In this document: positions 8,394 to 16,759 of the stretch, piece by piece | Numbering within the stretch: the stretch's first letter is position 1 | Layout of the letters: each line of letters opens with the position of its first letter | Assembly: GCA_910586805.1 (NCBI GenBank) | Contig: CAJUJC010000001.1 | Location: 1 to 43,785 of the forward strand | Direction: 5' to 3' | DNA length: 43,785 nucleotides | Origin: an uncultured Erysipelotrichales bacterium | GTDB taxonomy: Bacteria > Bacillota_I > Bacilli_A > Erysipelotrichales > Coprobacillaceae | The notes under the pieces: model-generated | Database searches by the model: none | What the model was told of the DNA's origin: nothing | The model's input: only the letters and a program-made list of their open reading frames with translations | Translations under genes and position numbers: made by a program

Positions 8394-11012
8394 ATGAATA
8401 ATCAAATAAAAGTTTCAGTTATTGTCCCGATTTATAATGTTGAAAAGTATTTAGAAAGATGTGTGGAGAGTTTAGTTCACCAAACATTAGAAGAAATTGA
8501 AATTATTCTTGTGAACGATGGCTCACCTGACCATTCACAAGAGATTATTGATAAATATGCTGCAATGTATCCACAAAAGGTTGTTGCTTTATTAAAGGAG
8601 AATGGTGGATTATCTGACGCAAGAAATTATGGACTTCTATATGCAAAAGGAGAATATATTTCTTTTATTGATAGTGATGATTATGTAGATAAAACATTTT
8701 TAGAAAAAATGTATAATCAGGCAATTTCAACGGACTCTGAAATTGTTGTATGTGGATATTATGGAGTTAATGAGATTACAAGCACATATAGATGGATGCA
8801 AAAAGGAAACATGGACTTATATAACACAAATTTAAAAGAAAACCCAACTTTGATACATCAAAATTCACCTTATGCATGGAATAAAATTTATCATCATTCT
8901 TTATTTGAAAGAACAGGTATTATATTTCCAAAAGGATGGATTTGGGAAGATATTCCAACAATTTATCCATTAATGGCTTGTGCTAAGAAAATATCAAAAG
9001 TTAATGAGCCACTTATTTATTATATTTTAAAAAGAGAGGGATCAATTACAGGAACTTATTCAAGAAAAATGCTTCAGTTATTTCAATCATTAGAGCTTTT
9101 AAATCAACGTTATCAGGAATTGGATCTCTTTGAAGAATTTTATGATGAATTGCTTTTTATAAATATGCGTCACATTATCTTTAGGTTTAAAGAATTTATA
9201 AAATATCGTGATTTTAAAATGAAATTTAGTTTTGTAAAAAGAGGTTTTGCACATTTAAATACATATTTCCCTGATTGGAAACATAATGGTTATTATTTTA
9301 CATATTATGATGTAAACAAGCCATTTAAACAAAAGAGAATGAAGTCTAAATTATATTGGGAATATTTTATTATCGTTCCTAATTTTATTCATAAATTTTT
9401 TGGAAAAATGACTCGTATTTTTAGAAAAGTAAAAAAATTTTTGAGTCATAATAATATAATTAAATATACATATGCTTATCATTTAAAACATAGCTCAGTT
9501 CAGGATAACGTTGTTCTTTTTGAATCATTTCATGGTACTACATTGTCAGATTCTCCATTTTATATGATGAAAGAACTTATAGAATCTCATAAAAATATGA
9601 AGATTTATTTTACTACACAGCATTATCAAGAACACAAGGAACTTATAGATAAATATGGATTTAAAGTTGAATTGGTTAAATTAAATTCAAGAAAATATGT
9701 AAAAGTATTAGCTACAGCCAAGTATTTAGTAAATAATGTTTCTTTCCCTCCTTATTTTGTAAGAAGAAAAGAGCAAAAATATATGAACACATGGCATGGA
9801 ACTCCATTAAAAACGTTAGGAAAGAAAATGGTTCAAGGTATTGAAGATATGAGTAATATGCAAAGAAATTTTTTGCACTGTACAGATCTTTTATATCCTA
9901 ATGATTTTACTATGGTACATATGATGGAGGACTATAATTTATTTGAATTGTATACAGGTAATGTAATTGTGAATGGTTACCCAAGAAATTCAATTTTTAT
10001 GGATAGTAAAAAAGCATTAGATGTACGTAAACAATTTGATTTAACAGACAAAGAAGTTTTTGCATATATGCCTACATGGAGAGGAACGCAAAGTAATGTT
10101 GCTATCAATGAGAAATATGCAAAAGGATTAAAAATCATTTTAGAACAAATAGACAATCATTTAACAAATAATCAGGTGTTTTATGTGAATTTACACTCAC
10201 TAGTAAAAGATGCTATTCCAATAAGTGGGTACAAACATATTTTACCATTCCCCAATATTGATAATTATGAATTTTTGAACTGTGTTGATGTACTAATATC
10301 TGATTATTCAAGTGTATTTTTTGATTTTTCTATTACTAAAAAACCTATTGTTCTTTTTATGTATGATTATAATGATTATATGAGTGATAGGGGAACATAT
10401 TTTGATGTACGAACATTACCTTTTGAAAAAATATATAATTTAGATGATATGTTGTTGTATTTAAAGAAAGAAAACAAACTTGAGAATTATCATGAGGGAA
10501 TAAACGATTATTATAATCAGTTTATTCAATATGATACAAAAGAATCCGTTCAATTATTAAATCAGTATTTTTTTGATGAAGTAAAAAATCAAATTCAGAT
10601 TTATGATTATTCTTTTAATAAAGAAGTAGAACATACATTATACATTGCACCTAAAATAACTGATAGGAAAAATCTTTCTCAATTAAAAGAAGTATATAAT
10701 TTGAATTCTCCAATCGCTTTGTTTATGAAGGGACAGTTTAATTATTTGTTGAGAGATGAATTATTAAAAGAGTATAATAATAATGTAAGTTATATTGTTG
10801 TTAAACAAAGTATAGCATATACATTTTTTGAAAGAATAAAATTATTTTTATCAAAATTTTTACCTTTTTTAAATGTTTCTCAATTAAGGTGTAGAGCTTT
10901 TCAAAATTTATTACCAAATATTATAATCAAAGATATATATTATACAAGCAATCCATCTCGATTTCTTGAAAGAATATATAAAGCCTATAATAGTAAGAAG
11001 GTAAATAAATAA
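8394..11012 (+). CDS. Bifunctional GT2 glycosyltransferase / CDP-glycerol glycerophosphotransferase (TagF/TagB-like)
   Basis: The N-terminus VSVIVPIYNVEKYLERCVESL...NDGSPD...DSDD is a GT2 domain. The C-terminal half (NTWHGTPLKTLG...YMPTWRG...DYSSVFFDF) carries TagF-family motifs. Confidence 0.88.
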   Translation: MNNQIKVSVIVPIYNVEKYLERCVESLVHQTLEEIEIILVNDGSPDHSQEIIDKYAAMYPQKVVALLKENGGLSDARNYGLLYAKGEYISFIDSDDYVDKTFLEKMYNQAISTDSEIVVCGYYGVNEITSTYRWMQKGNMDLYNTNLKENPTLIHQNSPYAWNKIYHHSLFERTGIIFPKGWIWEDIPTIYPLMACAKKISKVNEPLIYYILKREGSITGTYSRKMLQLFQSLELLNQRYQELDLFEEFYDELLFINMRHIIFRFKEFIKYRDFKMKFSFVKRGFAHLNTYFPDWKHNGYYFTYYDVNKPFKQKRMKSKLYWEYFIIVPNFIHKFFGKMTRIFRKVKKFLSHNNIIKYTYAYHLKHSSVQDNVVLFESFHGTTLSDSPFYMMKELIESHKNMKIYFTTQHYQEHKELIDKYGFKVELVKLNSRKYVKVLATAKYLVNNVSFPPYFVRRKEQKYMNTWHGTPLKTLGKKMVQGIEDMSNMQRNFLHCTDLLYPNDFTMVHMMEDYNLFELYTGNVIVNGYPRNSIFMDSKKALDVRKQFDLTDKEVFAYMPTWRGTQSNVAINEKYAKGLKIILEQIDNHLTNNQVFYVNLHSLVKDAIPISGYKHILPFPNIDNYEFLNCVDVLISDYSSVFFDFSITKKPIVLFMYDYNDYMSDRGTYFDVRTLPFEKIYNLDDMLLYLKKENKLENYHEGINDYYNQFIQYDTKESVQLLNQYFFDEVKNQIQIYDYSFNKEVEHTLYIAPKITDRKNLSQLKEVYNLNSPIALFMKGQFNYLLRDELLKEYNNNVSYIVVKQSIAYTFFERIKLFLSKFLPFLNVSQLRCRAFQNLLPNIIIKDIYYTSNPSRFLERIYKAYNSKKVNK

Positions 11013-11063
11013 AATATGGATATAGATTTATGGAATAATAGAATTAACATAGGAGTGAATAAA

Positions 11064-11960
11064 ATGAAAGATATAACATTAGTTGTTATGGCGGCAGGAA
11101 TAGGAAGTCGATTTGGTGGAGGAATTAAACAACTAGAACCAATGGGACCAAGTGGAGAAATTATCATGGACTATTCTATTCATGATGCTTTAGATGCAGG
11201 ATTTAATAAAGTTGTTTTTGTCATTAGAAAAGACTTAGAAAAGGATTTTGATGAAATTATTGGACAAAGAATCAAAAAGAAAGTCAAAGTAGAATATGCG
11301 TTTCAAGAAGTTGATAATATCCCTGATGAGTATAAAGAAAGATTTAAACAAAGAACAAAACCATGGGGGACAGGACAAGCCATCCTTGCTTGTAAAAATA
11401 TAGTCAATGAATCATTCCTTGTTATTAATGCTGATGACTATTATGGAAAACAAGCATATGTAGAAGCATATAGTTATTTAACTCAAAATCATGAAGATAA
11501 AACATTACCATTATGTATGGTAGGATTTATCTTAAAGAATACATTAAGTGATAATGGTGGAGTCACAAGAGGAGTATGCAAAGCTGAAAATGGAAAGTTG
11601 GTAGACATAGTAGAAACACATAATATTGAACATATTGATGGAAAAGCAATAACTGAAGGAAAAGAAATAGATTTAGAATCAGTTGTATCAATGAACATGT
11701 GGGGAATAGGACCAGCGATTTTTGAAATTCTAGAAAAAGGATTTAATGAATTTTTAGCTACAACATCAAAAGAAGATTTAAAGAGAGAATATTTACTACC
11801 AACAATTATAGGAGATTTACTCAATGAAAATAAGGTAGAAGTAGATGTCTTAAAATCAAATGATGAATGGTTTGGAGTTACATATAAAGAAGATAAAGAA
11901 TCAGTAAAACAAAGTATACAATTATTAGTAGACCAAGGGATATATCCTAATAAATTATAA
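11064..11960 (+). CDS. Sugar-phosphate nucleotidyltransferase (NTP_transferase family)
   Basis: VVMAAGIGSRFGGGIKQLEP is the G-x-G-t-R-f nucleotidyltransferase loop. An AGGAG RBS precedes ATG 11064, so the track start at 11016 is probably too long. Confidence 0.8.
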   Translation: MKDITLVVMAAGIGSRFGGGIKQLEPMGPSGEIIMDYSIHDALDAGFNKVVFVIRKDLEKDFDEIIGQRIKKKVKVEYAFQEVDNIPDEYKERFKQRTKPWGTGQAILACKNIVNESFLVINADDYYGKQAYVEAYSYLTQNHEDKTLPLCMVGFILKNTLSDNGGVTRGVCKAENGKLVDIVETHNIEHIDGKAITEGKEIDLESVVSMNMWGIGPAIFEILEKGFNEFLATTSKEDLKREYLLPTIIGDLLNENKVEVDVLKSNDEWFGVTYKEDKESVKQSIQLLVDQGIYPNKL

Positions 11961-11987
11961 ATCTTACATTTGTAAGATTTTTTTCTT
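11961..11987 (+). terminator. Rho-independent terminator ending the teichoic-acid operon
   Basis: An atcttaca/tgtaagat hairpin followed by a T7 run, directly after the stop. Confidence 0.75.
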
Positions 11988-12022
11988 AAGTTTTTTAAAG
12001 ATTATATATGGAGGGAATTTTA

Positions 12023-13217
12023 ATGATAAATAATATACTATTCAGTTTAGTTTTTATAGTTGCAGATGTGTATATACTTGATTATTTCTTTAGTCAGATA
12101 TACGATAAAAAACAATTCTATAATAAATGGTATTTAACATTTATAGTTGTGGTTTCAGCACTTATCTTATATGCTTCATCTTACTATGCATTTATGTATT
12201 TTCTTCTAGTGTTTGTAGAAGTCTTTTTGATAATACTAGGATTAAAGGAATCAAGGACGTTGATTTCTAAAGCAGTGATGTTTATTTTTGTAAAGATTAT
12301 TGTTGAACTTTTATGTATATTATTATTTGAATGGCTTTTTGAAATACCATTTACTCTTTTATATTCGTTTGACATTATTCATCCAGTGAAATTGCTTTGG
12401 ACTTTTACAGTCAAATATATTGATTGTATCATATTGTTATATATTTTAAAAATTAAATGTAATCAAAATATTACTTTAAGGTATTTTAAAATAGGTGCAA
12501 TTATTATATCAGTAATATATTCAATATGTATTGTTTATAACATATATAGTTTAATATTTTTAAAAGGTATGATGAAACCATTTATATTTACTTTAATTGT
12601 ATATAATATTCTCTTGATAGTATTTGATAGATATTATGTAAAACATGAGAAGATAGCAATAGAGTATGCCTTGAGTAAACAGGAGTTTGAATACAATCAA
12701 AAGATAATGATTGAACAGGAAGAATTTAGAAGAATGAAACATGATATGAGCAATCAGATTATATCTTTATCAGGATATGTTATACAAGGAAAGATGGAAG
12801 ATGCAATGGGTCATATCAAGAAACTTATACCTCATGTCATATTAACAGAAAGTGCAATACATATTGGAGAATATGCAATTGATATGTTGATAGATACAAA
12901 GTTTGAAAAAGCAAAAAGAATGGGAATAGAAGTTGTAGAGGAATATGGAATCATTGGATTAGGAAGAGTGAGTGTAAAGGATTTAGTAACAATGATTGGA
13001 TGTGCATTAGATAATGCAATAGAAGCTTTAGAAAAGATAGACGATAATGAAAAAAGAGTATTGACATTCAATATAAAAAGTAATCGTTCATATCTTATAA
13101 TAAGTGTAGGAAATAGTATAAAAGATGGAGAAGATGTAGATTTAGAAAAAACAAGTAAGGTTGAAGATTGTGAGGATCATGGAATAGGAGTTAGAGAGAT
13201 AAAGAGACTTGCAAAGT
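12023..13217. repeat. Direct repeat, copy A (partner at 15038..16232, offset 3015 bp). The core 12060..13217 shows no mismatch.
   Basis: Base-by-base comparison of the first 46 nt gives 4 mismatches (12030, 12038, 12050, 12059). After that I found none up to 13217. Translations of the sense strand and two antisense ORFs are identical, and several spot-checked blocks are identical. Confidence 0.9.
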
Positions 13218-13297
13218 TATATGATGGTGATGCTTATTATATTATTAGTAATAATTTTGTTCAACTTTATATAGTTTTAGTGTATCAATTACCCTAA
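12023..13297 (+). CDS. AgrC-like multi-TM sensor histidine kinase (GHKL ATPase), copy 1. No adjacent response regulator.
   Basis: About 200 aa of 6-7 short-loop TM helices, an H-box FRRMKHDMSNQI and a GHKL region DNAIEAL...DHGIGV. A GGAGGG RBS lies 7 nt before ATG 12023. This start aligns exactly with the start of copy 2, giving 424 aa for both. Confidence 0.85.
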   Translation: MINNILFSLVFIVADVYILDYFFSQIYDKKQFYNKWYLTFIVVVSALILYASSYYAFMYFLLVFVEVFLIILGLKESRTLISKAVMFIFVKIIVELLCILLFEWLFEIPFTLLYSFDIIHPVKLLWTFTVKYIDCIILLYILKIKCNQNITLRYFKIGAIIISVIYSICIVYNIYSLIFLKGMMKPFIFTLIVYNILLIVFDRYYVKHEKIAIEYALSKQEFEYNQKIMIEQEEFRRMKHDMSNQIISLSGYVIQGKMEDAMGHIKKLIPHVILTESAIHIGEYAIDMLIDTKFEKAKRMGIEVVEEYGIIGLGRVSVKDLVTMIGCALDNAIEALEKIDDNEKRVLTFNIKSNRSYLIISVGNSIKDGEDVDLEKTSKVEDCEDHGIGVREIKRLAKLYDGDAYYIISNNFVQLYIVLVYQLP

Positions 13298-13382
13298 AAA
13301 TAAAAGTTATTGCAAAAAGCAATAACCATTTTACCTAAAGCAAAAAACTATATGTATACTATGTTATAGAGAGGTGATATAT

Positions 13383-13616
13383 ATGAGTATAGGTTCTAGA
13401 TTAAAAGAATTGAGAAAAGAAAAAAAATTAACACAAAAAGTTGTTGCAGAAGCATTAGATATTTCAAAACCTGTATTATCGCAATATGAATCAGATCAAA
13501 GAGTACCTTCAGTAGGAAGGTTAATTAGTTTGGCTCGTTTTTATCAAACATCAATTGATTATATTTGCGAAAATGTGGATACCAAAGAGATAAATATAAA
13601 AAACGTAAAGGAATAG
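13383..13616 (+). CDS. XRE/Cro-C1 family helix-turn-helix transcriptional regulator (77 aa)
   Basis: LKELRKEKKLTQKVVAEALDISKPVLSQYESDQRVPS is a canonical HTH_3 domain. A GAGGTGA RBS precedes ATG 13383. Confidence 0.85.
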   Translation: MSIGSRLKELRKEKKLTQKVVAEALDISKPVLSQYESDQRVPSVGRLISLARFYQTSIDYICENVDTKEINIKNVKE

Positions 13617-13618
13617 TA

Positions 13619-13665
13619 AAAAAGTAATATCTCATATTCATAATGAAAATAGATATTACTTTTTT
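13619..13665. terminator. Bidirectional hairpin terminator between the convergent XRE and secreted-protein genes
   Basis: A 14-bp stem aaaaagtaatatct / agatattacttttt has an A-tract on one side and a T-tract on the other. Confidence 0.65.
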
Positions 13666-13667
13666 GG

Positions 13668-14108
13668 TTAATCTTCAAGTTGATTAGCACTGAAGCTATA
13701 AGTGACGTCACAAGAATTGCTTGGTTCAAGGCTACTTGAAGTAACTCCAGAGTAGTATACTGTATTATTAGATACATCTCGTTCATTTGCCCAAGTAGGA
13801 GTTGAATTCAATCTAACAGTATTGGACTTTTGATTTTTGGAAGAATCAACAAGTGCTGCATAATTTCCCAAAGCTGCTTCTGTACGAATTTTTTTGAATG
13901 TTGCATAATTAACAACAGTAGAATAATCTGTTTTACGACTACCAAGTGTTAAATTATATTTTACATTCCCCCATGCAGGAATATCTTTTATAGTTACAGT
14001 TTGATAGTTCTTTCCATCTACAACAGATGCAGCATATACTGTAGTTAGTAATCCGCCCAATAACATAAAACTAACTCCAAATGCATAAACTCTTTTATTC
14101 AATTTCAT
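13668..14108 (-). CDS. Exported protein of unknown function (146 aa with a Sec signal peptide)
   Basis: MKLNKRVYAFGVSFMLLGGLLTTVYA/ASVV is a signal peptide with an AxA-like cleavage site. The mature part is S/T/N/Y-rich and looks beta-rich. A strong AAGGAGGTGA SD lies 6 nt before the ATG. I recognise no family. Confidence 0.75.
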   Translation of the reverse strand: MKLNKRVYAFGVSFMLLGGLLTTVYAASVVDGKNYQTVTIKDIPAWGNVKYNLTLGSRKTDYSTVVNYATFKKIRTEAALGNYAALVDSSKNQKSNTVRLNSTPTWANERDVSNNTVYYSGVTSSSLEPSNSCDVTYSFSANQLED

Positions 14109-14114
14109 GTTTGC

Positions 14115-14156
14115 TCACCTCCTTTCGGTGAAAAAGATATAGGAGAAAGGAGGTGA
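14115..14156 (-). promoter_or_regulatory. SD-sequestering hairpin in the 5' leader of the 146-aa exported protein gene
   Basis: The minus-strand RNA reads UCACCUCCUUUC, an 18-nt loop, then GAAAGGAGGUGA-GCAAAC-AUG. This is a perfect 12-bp stem whose 3' arm is the whole Shine-Dalgarno sequence. Confidence 0.6.
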
Positions 14157-14328
14157 TTTCCAAAATGTGGTTAAATTCGACATAAAATTGCATAAATTTT
14201 GCAATACAAAACTGTAAAAAAATTATATACTATGTAAGTACAATAAATAATAAGAAAATATTGTACAAGTATCTGTTATTCTATCTAAAAAAAGAATAAA
14301 AACCAAACTAAAGAGAGGGGAGCAGAAT

Positions 14329-15048
14329 ATGAGGATTTTAGTAGCAGATGACAACAAAATTGAAGCAAATGAGGTGGCAAGTAGAATTGAAGAATTAAGA
14401 ATGAAAAATATCAAACATTCCATTACTGTTTGTGTTGATGAGAAGCAATTAAGATATGATGTAAAAATTAATACATATGATATTGCATTTTTAGACATTG
14501 AAATTGGTAAAACAAATGGAATTAGTATCGCAGAAAAATTATTGAAAAAGAACCCAAAATGTATAATTATTTTTATATCTAGTTATCCAAGTTATATAAC
14601 TGATGCATTAGAATTAGATATATTTCAATTTATTTGTAAAGAAAAATTAAAAGAAAAGTTTGATAGAGTCTATTATAGGGCTGTAAAAGAATATCAAAAA
14701 AGATATGCGATTTGTGAATTTAACACTACAAAAGGAAAGAGAACATTTATACCATATGATATTATATCTGTAGAAACATTTTATAATAATCTCAGAATTA
14801 AAACTATTCAAGGATCACATTATAGTAACATTAAAAATATTAAATTTATTAGGGAAAGTTTAGAACCATTTGATTTTATATTGATTCATCAAAGTCAATT
14901 TATAAATTTAAACCATGTTCAAAAAGTATCAAGACACACAGTTGTTATGAAAAATGGTCAAGAATATCCATTAGTAGATAGTAGAAGAAAACAAGTTACA
15001 CAATCTTTTGCTGAATTTTTAATTAGAGTGAAGTTCAATGATAAGTAA
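14329..15048 (+). CDS. LytTR-family response regulator (AgrA/LytR type)
   Basis: The receiver domain MRILVADDN...DIAFLDIEI has the conserved acidic residues. The C-terminal LytTR DNA-binding domain includes IHQSQFINLNHV. Its 3' end overlaps the kinase start by 11 nt. Confidence 0.9.
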   Translation: MRILVADDNKIEANEVASRIEELRMKNIKHSITVCVDEKQLRYDVKINTYDIAFLDIEIGKTNGISIAEKLLKKNPKCIIIFISSYPSYITDALELDIFQFICKEKLKEKFDRVYYRAVKEYQKRYAICEFNTTKGKRTFIPYDIISVETFYNNLRIKTIQGSHYSNIKNIKFIRESLEPFDFILIHQSQFINLNHVQKVSRHTVVMKNGQEYPLVDSRRKQVTQSFAEFLIRVKFNDK

Positions 15049-16232
15049 TATAATATTCAGTTTAATTTTTATAATTGCAGATGTGTATATACTTGATTAT
15101 TTCTTTAGTCAGATATACGATAAAAAACAATTCTATAATAAATGGTATTTAACATTTATAGTTGTGGTTTCAGCACTTATCTTATATGCTTCATCTTACT
15201 ATGCATTTATGTATTTTCTTCTAGTGTTTGTAGAAGTCTTTTTGATAATACTAGGATTAAAGGAATCAAGGACGTTGATTTCTAAAGCAGTGATGTTTAT
15301 TTTTGTAAAGATTATTGTTGAACTTTTATGTATATTATTATTTGAATGGCTTTTTGAAATACCATTTACTCTTTTATATTCGTTTGACATTATTCATCCA
15401 GTGAAATTGCTTTGGACTTTTACAGTCAAATATATTGATTGTATCATATTGTTATATATTTTAAAAATTAAATGTAATCAAAATATTACTTTAAGGTATT
15501 TTAAAATAGGTGCAATTATTATATCAGTAATATATTCAATATGTATTGTTTATAACATATATAGTTTAATATTTTTAAAAGGTATGATGAAACCATTTAT
15601 ATTTACTTTAATTGTATATAATATTCTCTTGATAGTATTTGATAGATATTATGTAAAACATGAGAAGATAGCAATAGAGTATGCCTTGAGTAAACAGGAG
15701 TTTGAATACAATCAAAAGATAATGATTGAACAGGAAGAATTTAGAAGAATGAAACATGATATGAGCAATCAGATTATATCTTTATCAGGATATGTTATAC
15801 AAGGAAAGATGGAAGATGCAATGGGTCATATCAAGAAACTTATACCTCATGTCATATTAACAGAAAGTGCAATACATATTGGAGAATATGCAATTGATAT
15901 GTTGATAGATACAAAGTTTGAAAAAGCAAAAAGAATGGGAATAGAAGTTGTAGAGGAATATGGAATCATTGGATTAGGAAGAGTGAGTGTAAAGGATTTA
16001 GTAACAATGATTGGATGTGCATTAGATAATGCAATAGAAGCTTTAGAAAAGATAGACGATAATGAAAAAAGAGTATTGACATTCAATATAAAAAGTAATC
16101 GTTCATATCTTATAATAAGTGTAGGAAATAGTATAAAAGATGGAGAAGATGTAGATTTAGAAAAAACAAGTAAGGTTGAAGATTGTGAGGATCATGGAAT
16201 AGGAGTTAGAGAGATAAAGAGACTTGCAAAGT
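15038..16232. repeat. Direct repeat, copy B (partner at 12023..13217)
   Basis: See copy A. Identity ends at 16233 (c, against t at 13218). The remaining ~80 nt of the two CDSs are homologous but clearly diverged. Confidence 0.9.
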
Positions 16233-16312
16233 CATATGAAGGAGGAGCCTATTATACTATTGATAAAGATTTTGTGAGTTTACGAATTCTGCTTTTAGCA
16301 GTAGATAAATAA
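15038..16312 (+). CDS. AgrC-like multi-TM sensor histidine kinase (GHKL ATPase), copy 2. Cognate partner of the LytTR regulator.
   Basis: 424 aa. It is identical to copy 1 from ADVYILDYFF to EIKRLAK and differs only in the first ~12 and last ~26 residues. It is translationally coupled to the response regulator. Confidence 0.88.
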   Translation: MISNIIFSLIFIIADVYILDYFFSQIYDKKQFYNKWYLTFIVVVSALILYASSYYAFMYFLLVFVEVFLIILGLKESRTLISKAVMFIFVKIIVELLCILLFEWLFEIPFTLLYSFDIIHPVKLLWTFTVKYIDCIILLYILKIKCNQNITLRYFKIGAIIISVIYSICIVYNIYSLIFLKGMMKPFIFTLIVYNILLIVFDRYYVKHEKIAIEYALSKQEFEYNQKIMIEQEEFRRMKHDMSNQIISLSGYVIQGKMEDAMGHIKKLIPHVILTESAIHIGEYAIDMLIDTKFEKAKRMGIEVVEEYGIIGLGRVSVKDLVTMIGCALDNAIEALEKIDDNEKRVLTFNIKSNRSYLIISVGNSIKDGEDVDLEKTSKVEDCEDHGIGVREIKRLAKSYEGGAYYTIDKDFVSLRILLLAVDK

Positions 16313-16435
16313 TACAGTTATATACTAGGTGTTTTATTTATTACAAAAATTATTATACATTAAAGAAGTGTTTGATGCGTATTGATATTGGTAACCTAAC
16401 ATAATAGGGGTTATCATAAATTCAAGTTCTATTTT

Positions 16436-16466
16436 AACTTGGGGTGTTTTGCACCCCAAGTTTTTT
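16436..16466 (+). terminator. Strong Rho-independent terminator of the RR-kinase operon
   Basis: An 11-bp GC-containing stem aacttggggtg / caccccaagtt with a 5-nt loop and a T-run. Confidence 0.85.
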
Positions 16467-16701
16467 AATAAACATTGAGAAATTGATAATATTTTCATTA
16501 TTGGTATCATTTGATAGTATTTAAAGAACTCGTTTGATTTAATTGAAAAATAGAATAAATGAAATGTAAATCTCTTTGTTTTGAATTAAAAAATTAATAA
16601 TAAAATTATATGTGAGAATATCATTGTTTATACTATTATTTGTAAGTGAATTATATTAGGAGATTCTTTTTTTTGAAAAACAACTTTGTTTAAAATTTAA
16701 A

Positions 16702-16748
16702 GAAAAAAGACAGACTTTACTGAAATTTTAAAGAGTGGGGTCTGTCTT
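16702..16748 (-). terminator. Terminator of glmS
   Basis: A 9-bp stem aagacagac / gtctgtctt is followed on the minus strand by TTTTTTCT, about 12 nt after the glmS stop. The loop is long (24 nt). Confidence 0.6.
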
Positions 16749-16759
16749 ACAAATATTTA

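Noticed and set aside
12184-12375. Identical antisense ORF pairs (12184..12375 = 15199..15390, and 12832..13071 = 15847..16086)
   Set aside because: They are not genes. Their identity is simply a by-product of the perfect kinase repeat, and I used them only as evidence of nucleotide identity.
14238-14266. Inverted repeat GTACAAT-15 nt-ATTGTAC in the RR / exported-protein intergenic region, considered as an operator or a divergent -35 pair
   Set aside because: The arms are short (7 bp). The spacing to candidate -10 boxes does not fit on the minus strand, and the repeat does not resemble the direct-repeat architecture expected for LytTR sites. It is noted only as a place to look in footprinting.
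16375-16404. 9-codon ORF (MRIDIGNLT) between the kinase-2 stop and the operon terminator, considered as a possible signalling peptide
   Set aside because: It is too short and has no export or leader features. It has only a weak AAGAAG SD-like element. Nothing distinguishes it from chance.
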